From assembly GCA_951406725.2 (NCBI GenBank), contig OX597816.1, positions 38,750,001 through 38,814,000 on the forward strand: 64,000 bases of DNA, read 5' to 3'. Position 1 is the first letter of the stretch; every line of letters begins with the position of its first letter. A program made the position numbers and the translations under genes. The notes under the pieces are model-generated. The model saw only the letters and a program-made list of their open reading frames with translations, did no database searches and had not been told where the DNA came from. Below are positions 51,407-64,000 of this stretch, piece by piece. The DNA comes from Octopus vulgaris. Its lineage: Eukaryota.

Positions 51407-53122
51407 CAAGGTGCATTCCAGATGTTTTGAGACTTTTTCAGGCAAGACATTTATTAATTTCAAGGAAGTACAAAGCTCAAATCTTCAAAGTAGGATCCTC
51501 TGACTTCAGTGCATTTGCTATAGTTCTCCAGCCACTCTTCAAGGACCCATGAAAGTCCTCCAAAATAAAAGTATCTAGGATCCTTATCACAGCTTCCTTC
51601 ACCTTCTCAATGACTTCAAAACAACTGCCCCTGAGGTTCACCTTCAGCTTGAAAATAACCAAAAGTCACAGAGAACAAGGTTTCAACTGTAGGGAGAGTG
51701 ATGGGGCAGTTTTGATTCCCATGTGTGCCAAGTAGTTGGTTACTAAGATAGAATTGTGGCCTGGTGCATTGTCCTGGTGTAGATGCCATTGACCCAAGTG
51801 AAAGACCTTAGGTTTTTATGATGAAATCTCTTCCTGAATCCCTTCAAAACCCTCACAAAGTATATTTTGTTGACCATCTGGCTAGAGGAAACCCAGTGGA
51901 TGCAAATAATGTCTTTGCTGTTGATCATCATCATAAGCTTTCCAGCAGACTTGTTTTGCCTGGTTTTCTTGGGCTTGGGAGAGCCAAGATGTTTCCATTA
52001 TGCATTCTGTCTCTTAGTCTCTGGATCATAACAGTAAATGCAACTTGTGTTACAGGTCAGCAAAGACTTGAGTACTCTTGGATTGGAGGTGATGCAATCA
52101 ACCATCTCCTTGCTGTCACCAGTGCATCTTTCCTTCTGTTCATCACTAAGCACCCTGACAACAAATTTTGCACATGTTCAGAACTTTGTGAATAATTCTG
52201 TGTACAGTTTCCACACCAACTCCAAACTGTATACTCTTTTACTCTTACTTATTTCAGTCATTTGACTGCAGCCATGCTGGAGCACTGCCTTTAATCGAGC
52301 AGCTCGACTCCGGGACTTATTCTTTTGTAAGCCCAGTACTTATTCTATCGGTCTCTTTTGCCGAACCGCTAAGTAATGGGGGACGTAAACACACCAGCAT
52401 CGGTTGTCAAGCAATGCTAGGGGGACAAACACAGACACACAAACACACACATGCATATATACATACATACATATATACGACGGGCTTCTTTTCAGTTTCC
52501 ATCTACCAAATCCACTCACAAGGCTTTGGTCGTCCCGAAGCTATAGTAGAAGGCACTTGCCCAAGGTGCCACGCAGTGGGACTGAACCCAGAACCATGTG
52601 GCTGGTAAACAAGCTACTTACCACACAGCCACTCCTGCGCCTGTATATTTATTGTCTTTATAAATATATGACTGTGTTCATTCAGAAAATTGCAAATTTT
52701 CTCAACTAGCTCTGTCTTGGTGTCCCTTTCCCTTCTACACCTCTCCATTGTCTCTCACCTCCTCTCTTCTATCCTTGAACCACTTGTGCCAGTGAAAAAC
52801 AGGTGCTTGGCTGATACCAGTTTATCCATAAACATTCTGGAGCATTTCATAAATTTCTGTGGCATTTTTGCCCAGTTTGACAAAAAACTATATTCCATAG
52901 TGAGCTTCGAACTTATCTTCACATCCTGACTGCATTTCTACAAACTAATAAGCAGTGTTTAGTAAGGTGTGTTCAAAGTGCTGTTACAGCCATCTCCTTC
53001 AATCTGGAAGGAAAAAATTGGCTAGTCACCTTATTAGTTGTATGGTATAAAATTACAATAATCTCGAGACAGTTGTAACTGCCTTGCATAATAAAGTTTC
53101 AAAACTTTTGGAATGTACTTTG
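51407..53122 (-). mobile_element. Mariner transposon, decayed, with a SINE inserted at 52230-52642
   Basis: TA-flanked TIRs CAAGGTGCATTCCAGATGTTTTGAGACT / AGTTTCAAAACTTTTGGAATGTACTTTG; transposase remnants KLKVNLRGSCFE..LDTFILEDFHG and VNKIYFVRVLKGFRKRF. Confidence 0.85.
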
Positions 53123-55102
53123 TATAAGAATACGAGATGGTCACACCTGAAATCATCATCATCACCATTTAACATCTTTTTTCTATGCTGATACAGGACT
53201 GTTTGACAGGAGCTGAGAACCAGAGGGTTGCACCAAGTTTCAATGTCTGCTTTGGAATGGTTTCTACACTTTGATGCCCTTCCTAATGCCAACTGATTTA
53301 CAAAGTGTACTGAGTGCCCTTTATGTAGTACTGGCACCAGTGAGGTCACCAAGTAACTCACAAGACAAGACTCAATGACTTTGATTATAGATCTGGATCA
53401 GAACTGACCTTGGGTTTAAACAACAACTAAAACAACAATATTGCCATCATAAGTCTTTTGGTGCAAGAGAGATTTAAAAAGAAAAACTGTAATGATTTTC
53501 TTTTTCCTGGAGTTGGTTAGATATTATTTCTATTATGGCAAAAACATAGAAATAACATTGATGCTTTATGTTTGAAACCTAAATAGAAACAATATTTACA
53601 TGACACAGTTGCCATTGTTTAGCCCCAGTTTAGTCCTGATCAAGTGAGAATATTAAGAGAAAAGGAAGAGGGGTAAATGAATTTAGGGATTTAATTAAAA
53701 TTTTAAAAAGATGTCTGCTTCAAGCCTACTTGATTCATGAGACCAGAGCTTATACAAATTTAAAGGCATTTAGACAGAGCACACAACTCTCCACCCTTGA
53801 ATAAGGCACGAAGCCATCACAGGATTAACCTCCAGGCACCACTGGGGTTCATTTTCAATTGAATAGCCTGGAACGACATAAAACAAAGTGCCTTGCTAAA
53901 AAGATATAATGCACCACTTAGCCCAGGAATTAAATTCATGACCTAATGATCCAACACCCTAACCACTTGGCTCTGAATGCACTGTTTCTTATAGCAGAAA
54001 CAGCTGTAAGCTAATGAAGTTCATTATGTGACATTTGTTCCCCAATCATTCATTTATATGTGTATGTGTGTGGAGAGAAAGAGACAGAGATGGATAGAGA
54101 AATATACAGATAGACAAAGTGAAAGTGAGATTAACCCCCGGGCATCACTGGTACTTGGCACAACATAAAATGAAGTGCCTTGCTCAAGGACATAATGCAC
54201 CACTTGATCTAGGAATCAAACTCATGAGACCTAATGATCATATGTCCAACATCCTAACCACAGGGCCAGATGACTTCACCAGGGATTTAAATTAGAAGAG
54301 GATCTGTGGATATTTTAGTTGTTGTAAAAGAGCAATAGTGAGGGGACAATAATTGGAATAAGAAAGGGTTTTTGTTGTTGTTTAACCCCTAAACCATCCT
54401 GTCTTTTATTGAACTGTACCCTATCTGGGTATGTATTCATTTTTTAAGAGAGTAAGATATAATTTAGGAGAAATTCAATTACTGCTTCTGGTAACTAAAT
54501 GAATTTGGTAGATGGAAACTATGTGGAAGTCCATTGTTTATATATATATGTGTGTGTGTGTCTATGTTTGTGTATGTACACCCCACTGCTTGACAGCTGG
54601 TGTCGGTTTGTTTACATCCTCATAATTTAGCATTTCAGCAGAAGAGACTGATAGAATAAGTACTGGGGGGTGGGATTTGTTCTACTAAACTCGTCAAGGA
54701 AGTACCCCAGCATGGCCACAGTCCAATGACTGAAACAAGTAAAAGTTAAAAGATATCATTTTTTTGTTTTCATATTTTAGTTGTTTTGCTGACAATCCTT
54801 TTCATTTCATTATAAATCATCTTCCATAAATAAAAAATAAATGCACCCTTTTTAAAGCCAAGTCAAATAACTTTACAAATAACTACATGTTGTGAGAGAA
54901 AAACAATAACTAATCAGTGTATTATATTATTTTAATCAATTCAGCAATGATGGGAGATAACTCCTGACATGTTTCAATCTAAATGTAACTTTATCAGTGT
55001 AACACAGACTTTGCCCCAGAATTTGTTGGATTGCTTTGAAATGTTCCATCTGGGCTCTCTGCACTCTGAATTTAATTTTGCTGAAGTCAATTTTGCCTTT
55101 CA

Positions 55103-55103
<1 letters not shown>

Positions 55104-55151
<48 letters not shown>

Positions 55152-55185
55152 GTGTAATCATGATGATGTAATATATATATATATG

Positions 55186-55274
<89 letters not shown>
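55104..55274. repeat. Compound microsatellite (CT)n(TA)n(AG)n
   Basis: Directly visible. Confidence 0.95.
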
Positions 55275-55281
<7 letters not shown>

Positions 55282-57203
55282 CTATTGTCAGACCTCAAGA
55301 GGGATGGGCTCTGCCATCCCTCTTAAGTGTAAAAATGCTTAAGATGCACAGTACATCACAAGAGCACTCTGACTCATTCTGTAATTGAAGGCTTAAGGCA
55401 TAACAAAACTTCACTGTTCTGTAGAAATAGTGATGAAAGAATCATGCAAGTAAATATGCAAGATTGTATATTGGTTGGTATAGAAGAAAAATAGAATTGT
55501 TTTGAGATTAATTAACTCATAGACTTTCTTTGCATGAAAAAAAAAAAAAAAACAGCAGTTAAGTTAATGTTAACATATTTAATATAAGTAGTTATCCAGT
55601 TTCTTGTTCTTATTTTTATATTTCAGCTTGAAAATATTCATATCTCACACTAAATTTTTCTATACTTTGTTTTGAGATAAGCCCCCCCACCACCACCACT
55701 GCCATACAAGTCTCTGCATGTCTTGAAATTACAACTAAGTCAATGACAGATATATTTACAGCTTTTCTTCTTAATCCAACAAACAATAAATACAAGTGAA
55801 ATTCTAGACAACCATTGGGATTACAGCTATTTGAAATAACACTGTCCTCAAAATTTTTAGCAGCAAGGTTTACATGAGAGTTACATAAAGTGTAATATCA
55901 GTTTAGATTTCACTTTTACTATTATTATATTCTAAAACTACAAAAATTGTGTTCTTGCTGGGTCTGTCTTCAACCCTTTTGCGGCATAAACGTTAGCACG
56001 CTGGGTGAAATGCTTAGCGGTATTTCATCTGCCGTTACGTTCTGAGTTCAAATTTCACCGAGGTCGACTTTGCCTTTCGTCCTTTCAGGGTTGATAAATT
56101 AAGTAGCAGTTACGCACTGGGTTGATCTAATCGACTTAATCCGTTTGTCTGTCCTTGTTTGTCTGTTCTCTCTGTGTTTAGCCCCTTGTAGGCAGTAAAG
56201 AAATAGGTATTTCGTCTGCCGTTACATTCTGAGTTCAAATTTCGCCGAGGTTGACTTTACCTTTCATCCTTTTGGGGTCAATAAATTAAGTACCTATTTC
56301 TTTACTACCCACAAGGGGCTAAACACAGAAAGGACAGACAAAGGGATTAAGTCGATTGCATCGACCCCAATGCGTAACTGGTACTTAATTTATCGACCCC
56401 CGAAAGGATGAAAGGCAAAGTCGACCTCGGCGGAATTTGAACTCAGAACATAACGGCAGACGAAATACGGCTATGCATTTCGCTCGGCATGCTAACATTT
56501 CTGCCAGCTCGCCGCCTTTCATAAATTAAGTACCAGTTATGCACTGGGGTCGATGTAATCAACTTAATCCCTTTGTTTGTCCCCTCTGTGTTTAACCCCT
56601 TGTGGGCAATAAATAAATAAATTACTGTCAAATGTTTATTCATGAAGCACATGGCTTAGTGGTTAGGGTATTCAGATCACAATCCTTAGGTTGTGAGTTC
56701 AATTCCTTGTGGCATGTTGTGTTCTTGACCGAGACAATTTATTTTACATTGCTCTAATCCATTCAGTGGGCAAAATTGAGTAGCACCTGTATTTCAAAAG
56801 CCAGCCTTGTCACACACATTCTGTGTCACGTTGAATCTTCATTAAGGGCACACATGTGTAGTGCTCAGCCACTTACACATTAATTTCATAAACAGGCCCT
56901 TTCATTGATCAGATCAACTGGAACCCTCTTTGCTGTAATTAATGGAGTGCTAGTTTTATTCATATTGTTTTGGATTAATCACACTTTATCTTGTAGCTTC
57001 AATAATTCAGTGATGTGATCTATTATTTTTACAATGACATTGTAGAGTAAGTATGAAAGGCTGGATCTGTCTGGTTTGAATATAAAACAGGTAAAATATT
57101 TTGAATGGATATCACTGGTTTAAATGCTAAAGAGTTAAAGTTACTAAATTAACAGCTATTTTTTTCCCTAGCTGAAGATAAGTTAGAAAAAGAACCCCTA
57201 TAT

Positions 57204-58355
57204 CAGGGGTTCTTAACTATTGTTAACCTATGGACCCCTTTGATTACTATTTTATTCTGGTGGACCCCCATAGCCATTCCATGTTTAAAAACTAGTTTTA
57301 TAGAAACTTTTTTCAAAATTCCTATTTTGTTTTTCACACATTAATTGTATTGAAATCAAATTCGATGACTAGCATCCGTGCTAGTAGAGCGCAAAGAGTA
57401 CCATACAAGTGAGATCGTTGCCAGAGCAACAAGCTGGCCTCCATGCCAATGGCATGTTAAAAACGCCATTCGAGTGTGATCAATACCTGCATCGCCTTAC
57501 TAGCACTTGTGCTGGTGGCACATGAAAAAACATTCGAGTGAGATCGTTGCCAGTGCCACTGGACTGGCTCCTGTGCAGGTGGCACATAAAAAGCACCATT
57601 TGAGCGTGGCCGTTGCCAGTACCACGTGACTGACACTCATGCCGGTGGCACGTAAAAGCACCACTGCACTCTCAGAGTGGTTGGCGTTACGAAGGGCATC
57701 CAGCTGTAGAAATTCTGCCAGATCAGATTGGAGTCTGGTGCAGCCATCTGGTTCCCCAGTCCTCAGTCAAATTGTCCCACCCATGCTAGCATGGAAAGCG
57801 GATGATGATGAACTAAGTAAAATGTTAAAGAAAGAAACCTTGCAATACATACTCTTTTACTTGTTTCAGTCATGTGACTGTGGCCATGCTGGAGCACCGC
57901 CTTTAGTCGAGCAAATTGACTCCAGGACTTATTCTTTGTAAGCCTAGTACTTATTCTATCAGTCTCTTTTGCTGAACCGCTAAGTTACGGGGACGTAAAC
58001 ACACCAGCATCGGTTGTCAAGCAATGTTGGGGGGACAAACACAGACACACAAACAAACACACACATGTATATATACGATGGGCTTCTTTCAGTTTCCATC
58101 TACCAAATCCACTCACAAGGCTTTGGTCGGCCCGAGGCTATGGTAGAAGACACTTGCCCAAGGTGCCATGCAGTGGGACTGAACCTGGAACCATGTGGTT
58201 GGTAAGCAAGCTACTTACCACACAGCCACTCCTATGCCTCACATCTCAAGCAACATTTTTCTGAGACCCTTAAAATACTATTGTGGATCCCCAGTTTACT
58301 ATTTTGTGGTGTGGGCCCTGCAGAATCATGCATGGGCCCCAATTGAGAACCACTA
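57204..58355. mobile_element. hAT-like MITE with a nested RTE tail (57352-57810) and SINE (57850-58240)
   Basis: CAGGGGTTCTTAAC...TTGAGAACCACTA termini; 8-bp TSD CCCTATAT/CTCTATAT. Confidence 0.75.
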
Positions 58356-59637
58356 CTCTATATCATTGTTGGCAAACTTTTTTAGCTCAGTATGTTGAAA
58401 TTTCAATTCTTGCAATAATCCTATTGCTGTAGTATCACGTGTATAACATGTATTTTAATTATCTTTTATCTTCTACTTGTTTCAGTCATTAGACTGTGGC
58501 CATGCTGTGGCACCGCCTTGCAGAGTTCTAGTTGAACAAATTGACCCCAGAAAGTTTTTTTTTTATCCTAGTACTTATTCTATTGGTCTTTTTTTGCCAA
58601 ACTGCTATGTTACAGGGACATAAACACTCGATCACCAGTTGTCAAGTGGTAGTGGGGGGACATACACAGGCACAAAGATACTCACACACACACATAGATA
58701 TATATACATATATACATACGACAGGCTTCTTTCAGTTTCTGTCTACCAAATCTACTCACAAGGCTTTGGTCGGCCTGAAGCTACAGTACAAGACAATTGC
58801 GCAAGGTGCCTTGCAGTGGGTCTGAACCAGGAACCATGTGGTTGGGAAGCAAGCTTCTTACCACACAGCCATTAATTTTATAAGAGGATATTGCAGAGAG
58901 ATTTTTTTTTTCAAAGTCCTTTATGTGTCAACTAAAAACCTATGACATATCACTGATGATATGAGTATCATGGCTTCACTGTCACTGTGCTATGGGATCA
59001 TCTAAACTATTAGGAATAGCAGCCAAATTTCTCTTAACCCTTTAGTGTTCAGATTACTCTGTTAAATGTAATACTTTTTCACTCAAATTTTTTTGAATTA
59101 ATCATGCATTATCTTATAGCTTTGAGGTTTCAATGATGTGAATGTTTATTTTTAGAATGTCACTGTAGGTTAGGTGTGAGAGGCTGGATATCGCCAGTTT
59201 GAATATAAAACATGTATAATATATTGGGCCGGATGTGGCTGGTTTAAACACTAAAGGGTTAAACCACAACTTACAGTCTTAAAAAGGAGGCAAATATTGG
59301 AAAACTTTACACTTGTTACAATATCACTATCATCATTTGATGTGCACTTTTCCATGCTTGCATGTGTCAGACAGATTTTCTAACCCTAACCCTCCCTGTT
59401 GCCAAGCAAGGTAATATTTTTCTATACCTAGACATGTTTTACATGGAAAACTGGGAATGAATAACCTCGCTTGTATGACTATGATGTTCATTTACAACCA
59501 TGCCATGATGTGTAGGTTTGGATAGACAAACACAAGCACAGACATACACATGCACAGACACACACTCATACACATAAACATACACACACATAAATGTACA
59601 CACACACACAAACATGGACAGATAGATATGCAATCAT

Positions 59638-59670
<33 letters not shown>

Positions 59671-60443
59671 TGTACATACATATGATGAGCTTTCAGTTTC
59701 TGTCTACCAATTCCACTCACAAAGCTTTGGTCAGCCTGGAGCTGTAATAGAAAACACTTATCCAAGGTGCCATGCAGTGGGACTGAACCCAAAATTATGT
59801 GGTTGGAAAGGAAACTTCTTACCTACATTAATATGTAAAAGTTATGATATATCGTTTATACAAGAAAAATAAAGGTCATTATTTTCTGTGGCTTGGCATA
59901 ATGACCTTCAAGTGGTCAACAGTGGATTGGTATGCAATGCAGCTATGACACAAACATTGTAAATATCATTGATAAGTCAGTAGAAATAACGGATTAGTTC
60001 TACATTTCAGGTGACCTAAAAAGTATTGGTGGAATATAGATTAGAATTCGTTGTTACTGAAGATTAGAGAATAATGTTTTGAGTTTATACAGAGATTATA
60101 GTTCCTCATGGAAATCTTACTGTATGGGGTCAGAGTAATGGTGCTATATAGTAAGAAAGAGAAAACAGAGATGATAAATGGTTTTTCAAATGGCTGGACA
60201 AGAATAGACGAATATGATATAATGTCATAGTTCGGAAGATTAAGATAAGAGGGTAATTCTTATTTTGAAAGGAAGTAATATCAAGTGTGAAGAAATGTGA
60301 ATAAGTGGTTGATTCTAGACAAGCTTTAGACTAATAATGATATGATGTTTGGTAACGATCTGTCACTTGTGTATTTATGAGATGAAATAATTCACAAGCT
60401 GAATAGCTGCTGAAGAAATAATCTTCAAGAAGTCAGCTGAGAA

Positions 60444-61238
60444 ATGGTTATTTTGCAGTATGTTCATAACTTGGCAATATGAATAGGAAGTAGTAGAAGC
60501 CGTAAGTTGTGTTTGTATAGTAAGGATTCTATAACCCAAGAAACTGACTTTTAGTTTTGAAGGTTTATCTTATTCTCCAGTTTTTTGAGGGTTTCTTGTT
60601 TTACAATCTGCCCTAATTGAGCAGGCTTACAATCTATAATCAAAGAAGTCATTCCAGCTTTGTCCAATGTATTTTTCCTTTTTATTATTAATAGGGTGCA
60701 AGCTGGCAGAATTGTTAACACACTGGGCAGAATGCTTAGTGATATTTCATCTGTCTTTGTGTTCTGAGTTCAACTTTTGCCGAGGTCAACTTTTCCTGTC
60801 ATCCTTTTAGAATCAATAAAATAAGTACCAGTTGAACATGGTTATTTTGTAGTCATTTTCATAACTTGGAAGTATAAATAGGAAGTAGTAGAAGCAAACG
60901 GTTATGTTTGTATAGTAAGGGTTCTATGACTTAGAAAGCTGACTTTTATAGTTTTTTTGAAGATTCATCTTATTCTTCAGCTTTCTGAGGGTTTCTTCTT
61001 TTTACAGTCTACCCTAATTGAACAGATCTATAATAAAAGAAATCATTCCAGCTTTGTCCAACGTATCCTTTTTTATTATTAATAGGGTGTAAGACAGTGA
61101 GCTGGCAGAATCCTTATCATGCTGGGCAAAATGCTTAGCAATATTGTGTCTGTCTTTACATTCCGATTTCAAATTCTGCCGAGGTTGACTTTGCCTCTCA
61201 TCCTTCCAGTGTTCATAAAATAAGTACCAGTTGAACAC
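60444..61238 (+). repeat. Tandem duplication of a ~395-bp unit
   Basis: Units start ATGGTTATTTTG at 60444 and 60838; each ends in the SINE sequence TAAGTACCAGTTGAAC. Confidence 0.88.
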
Positions 61239-61512
61239 TGGAGTCAATGTAATCAACTTACCTCCCTCTCCCCTAAAATTGCTGGCCTTGTGCCAAAATA
61301 TAAAACCATTATTAATAGGGTGTGATTTCAAGGATGTTAGGCTGCTATTTCTAATAAGCCTAATGATTGTGTAGAGATTCAGTTGTGGAATCAAAGATTT
61401 ATATCACTGGAAAAAGTTTTTGTTTCCTTTACAATAAATTTTCCCTGCATTGATATATTCCAAATTTGACATGGTTTCTTTTATTTTTCCAGATCTCAAA
61501 TATCTTGTCGAA

Positions 61513-61999
61513 ATGTCTGACTTCAAGGAATGGTTGCTGACCACAGGACACCAGTTTCTTAAATGGTCTGACGATGAAAGGAACCAAACTCTTGACCATT
61601 TAATCTCCATCAGCAGTAGTTCCCAGTTAGTTTACCTAGCACAACTTTTGCCAACATTAGTATATCGAGATTTTTTCAGATTACTTCCAAAAGAAATTTC
61701 TACCATTATCACAAGATACCTCGATGCTAAATCTATTCTTAATTGTCTATTAGTGAGTCGACATTGGTATCAGCTCCTTAACTCCCTGCCTGAAGTCTGG
61801 CGCCACTGTTGTCGGCTGCATTATATCAAAGTTGACTCTTCACCGCATCCTGCTTTGTATTATAAGACGCTTTTTCTCAAAGTAACATCAAAACAATTGA
61901 AACCTCTAAAACAGCGTAAGATGTACAGTGAGAAGTTCTTTAGGGGTCACTCAAACAGGATTATGGCACTTGATTATCACAATGGCAGATTGGCTTCTG
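61513..61999 (+). CDS. FBXW2: F-box/WD40 protein FBXW2-like, first coding exon (gene continues past the window)
   Basis: MSDFKEWL..ERNQTLDHLISIS..RDFFRLLPKEIS..YLDAKSILNCLLVSRHW..GHSNRIMALDYHNGRLASG aligns with FBXW2 (NETLDHLISLS, RDFLKLLPLE, GHSARVYAL); acceptor AG 61491-61492, donor GTAAG at 62000. Confidence 0.9.
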
Positions 62000-62304
62000 G
62001 TAAGGGTATTGAAACAATAATTTTTAAATGTTGTTTTGTAGATAATATCAAGTTATATTCAGTGTTGTATTCATTCTTTGATGATAGAATAAGTTGAGTG
62101 TCTTTCATTTGATATGGAAATTGTTTTACAGCTGGGTGCAGACATAACTGTGTCATTAAGGAACTTACTTCTCAACTACATAGTTCCAGTTTCAGTCTCA
62201 CTATATGGTACCTTGATCAAGTGTCTTCTACTACAGCCCTGGGACAACCAAAGACTTATGAGTTGGTTTGGTTAACAGAAGCTAAACGAAGCCTTTTATG
62301 AGTT

Positions 62305-62335
<31 letters not shown>

Positions 62336-62514
62336 CTATGTATGTATGTATGTATGTGTGTGTGCGTGTGTGTATGTATGTGTGTATGTATGTATGTATT
62401 CAATTACAAAGCTTCTGTCAGCCCAAGACTATAGATGAAGACACTTGCCCAAGATGCCACACAGTGGGACTGAACCTGTAACTGGGAAGCAAGCTTCCTA
62501 ACCACACGACCAAC

Positions 62515-64000
62515 TGAAAATAATGGAAAAAGGAGAGATCCACACCAAATTCTGAAGGAAAGCAGCCAGTAGATATATGTATTTTCATTACAATTCAGCC
62601 CGTCTACTCAGTACCAAAATAGGATATGCCAGAAATAAATTTACATGCATCCAGAGCAAGTGCAGCAGGACAGAGGACAAGGTGACCCACACAACATGCT
62701 TCCTAGAAGTATTGAAAACCAATGGCTACCCTATATCCACTGTGAATCAGCTTACGTACCCATGACAACAAACATGCCAAATACACAGAAATCCCAGCAA
62801 CACATGCTTCCTTATAATACCCCGTTTTAGCAAGAGGATAACTACAGCTGTCTGAAGAGCCATAAGGAGAGAAGGATTGGACATACAACTAGCACACTCC
62901 AGCCCCTCTCTGAGAAAACACCTAGCAAAGAAACGAGCAAGGGACAGCAATCAGTGCACACTAACTAACTGCCCCAACCGTAACACAAACTTGTGCCAAT
63001 GGGTACATGTTGTATATCGAATACAATGTAACATCATCGTCATCATCATCGTTTAACGTCCATTCTCCGTGCTAGCATGGGTTGGACGGTTCGACTGGGG
63101 ATCTGGGAAGCCGGAAGGCTGCACCAGGCTCCAGTCTGATCTGGCAGTGTTTCTACAGCTGGATGCCCTTCCTAACGCCAACCATTCCGTGAGTGTAGTG
63201 GGTGCTTTTTATGTGCCAGGCGAGGCTGGCAATGGCCACGATTGGATTGGTGCTTTTTACATGCCATTGGCACGGAAGCCAGTCAAGGCGGCGCTGGCAT
63301 CGGCCACATTCGGATGGTGCTTTTTATGTGCCATCAGCACGGAAGACAGTCTAGGCGGTGCTGGCATCAGCCACGTTTGGATGGTGCTTTTTACGTGCTG
63401 CCGACACAGGGATCACAACTGCAGTTTCCATTGATTTTTGATGTTGGTGTACTTGACTCAATGGATCTCCTCAAGCACAGATGCAACAATTTCTATGTAG
63501 GTAGCACAACAAGGCCATTACACATTTGCATCAAAGAACATCTAAACAAATGAGCCTCCTCCTTCAGAAAACACGTAGACAGATGCCAGAACACCAACAA
63601 AAACATAACAGTCACAACTAAGGCCAGTGACAGAAATTTAGGAAATTTAAGAATTAAGGAGGCTATCCTCATAGATAGACTAGGGCCCTAAATTAACCAC
63701 AGGTTAGAAATTAACACTCACTATTTAAGTTAACAACACTGACACCCTGCACACACAATGGTAACATGTGCATTTAATAAAACATTATAAAAAAATGCAC
63801 ATAAAATACATAACTTAGAAACATCGCTATGAATATGCCAACACACACGAGTCAAGATGTGACTACCCTCACACACTTCTCATGAGGAATTCTGGAAAGA
63901 ATTTCATGAGAACATTACAAGAACGCTTCCAACAGATTTCAGTAACCGTTAGAAGGATAAGAAAACCAACTATAACAGTAACGCCATTACTTCCTAGCAA
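62515..64000 (+). mobile_element. Penelope-like element (RT thumb + GIY-YIG), decayed, split by an RTE-tail insertion at 63034-63476
   Basis: YFHYNSA..CS..LKTNGYP; CTLTNC..C..HVVYRIQCN//RCNNFYVGSTTRPLHICIKEH..LRIKEAILI..PKIN; stop at ~63733. Confidence 0.87.

Overview
AT-rich, repeat-dense eukaryotic DNA. The SINE/LINE repertoire looks like an octopus (coleoid cephalopod) genome; this is inference, not a database result. The + strand carries 14 GT-AG coding exons (2034-34801) of cytoplasmic aspartyl-tRNA synthetase DARS1, whose start exon lies upstream of the window, and the first coding exon of an FBXW2-like F-box/WD40 gene (61513-61999). An intact tRNA-Ser(GCU) lies on the - strand (41315-41396). 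The remainder is a nested mosaic of Tx1/L1, RTE, CR1, CRE and Penelope-like retroelement remnants, mariner, piggyBac and hAT elements, a solo LTR, tRNA-derived SINEs, microsatellites and local duplications. The most notable unannotated signal is a set of type I hammerhead-ribozyme-like motifs (4409-4446, 14843-15080, 23040-23096, 23908-23951, 48217-48278). They sit in Penelope pseudo-LTR-like sequence, and one is carried by a tRNA-headed SINE. Every copy has at least one deviation from the canonical core, so activity is untested.
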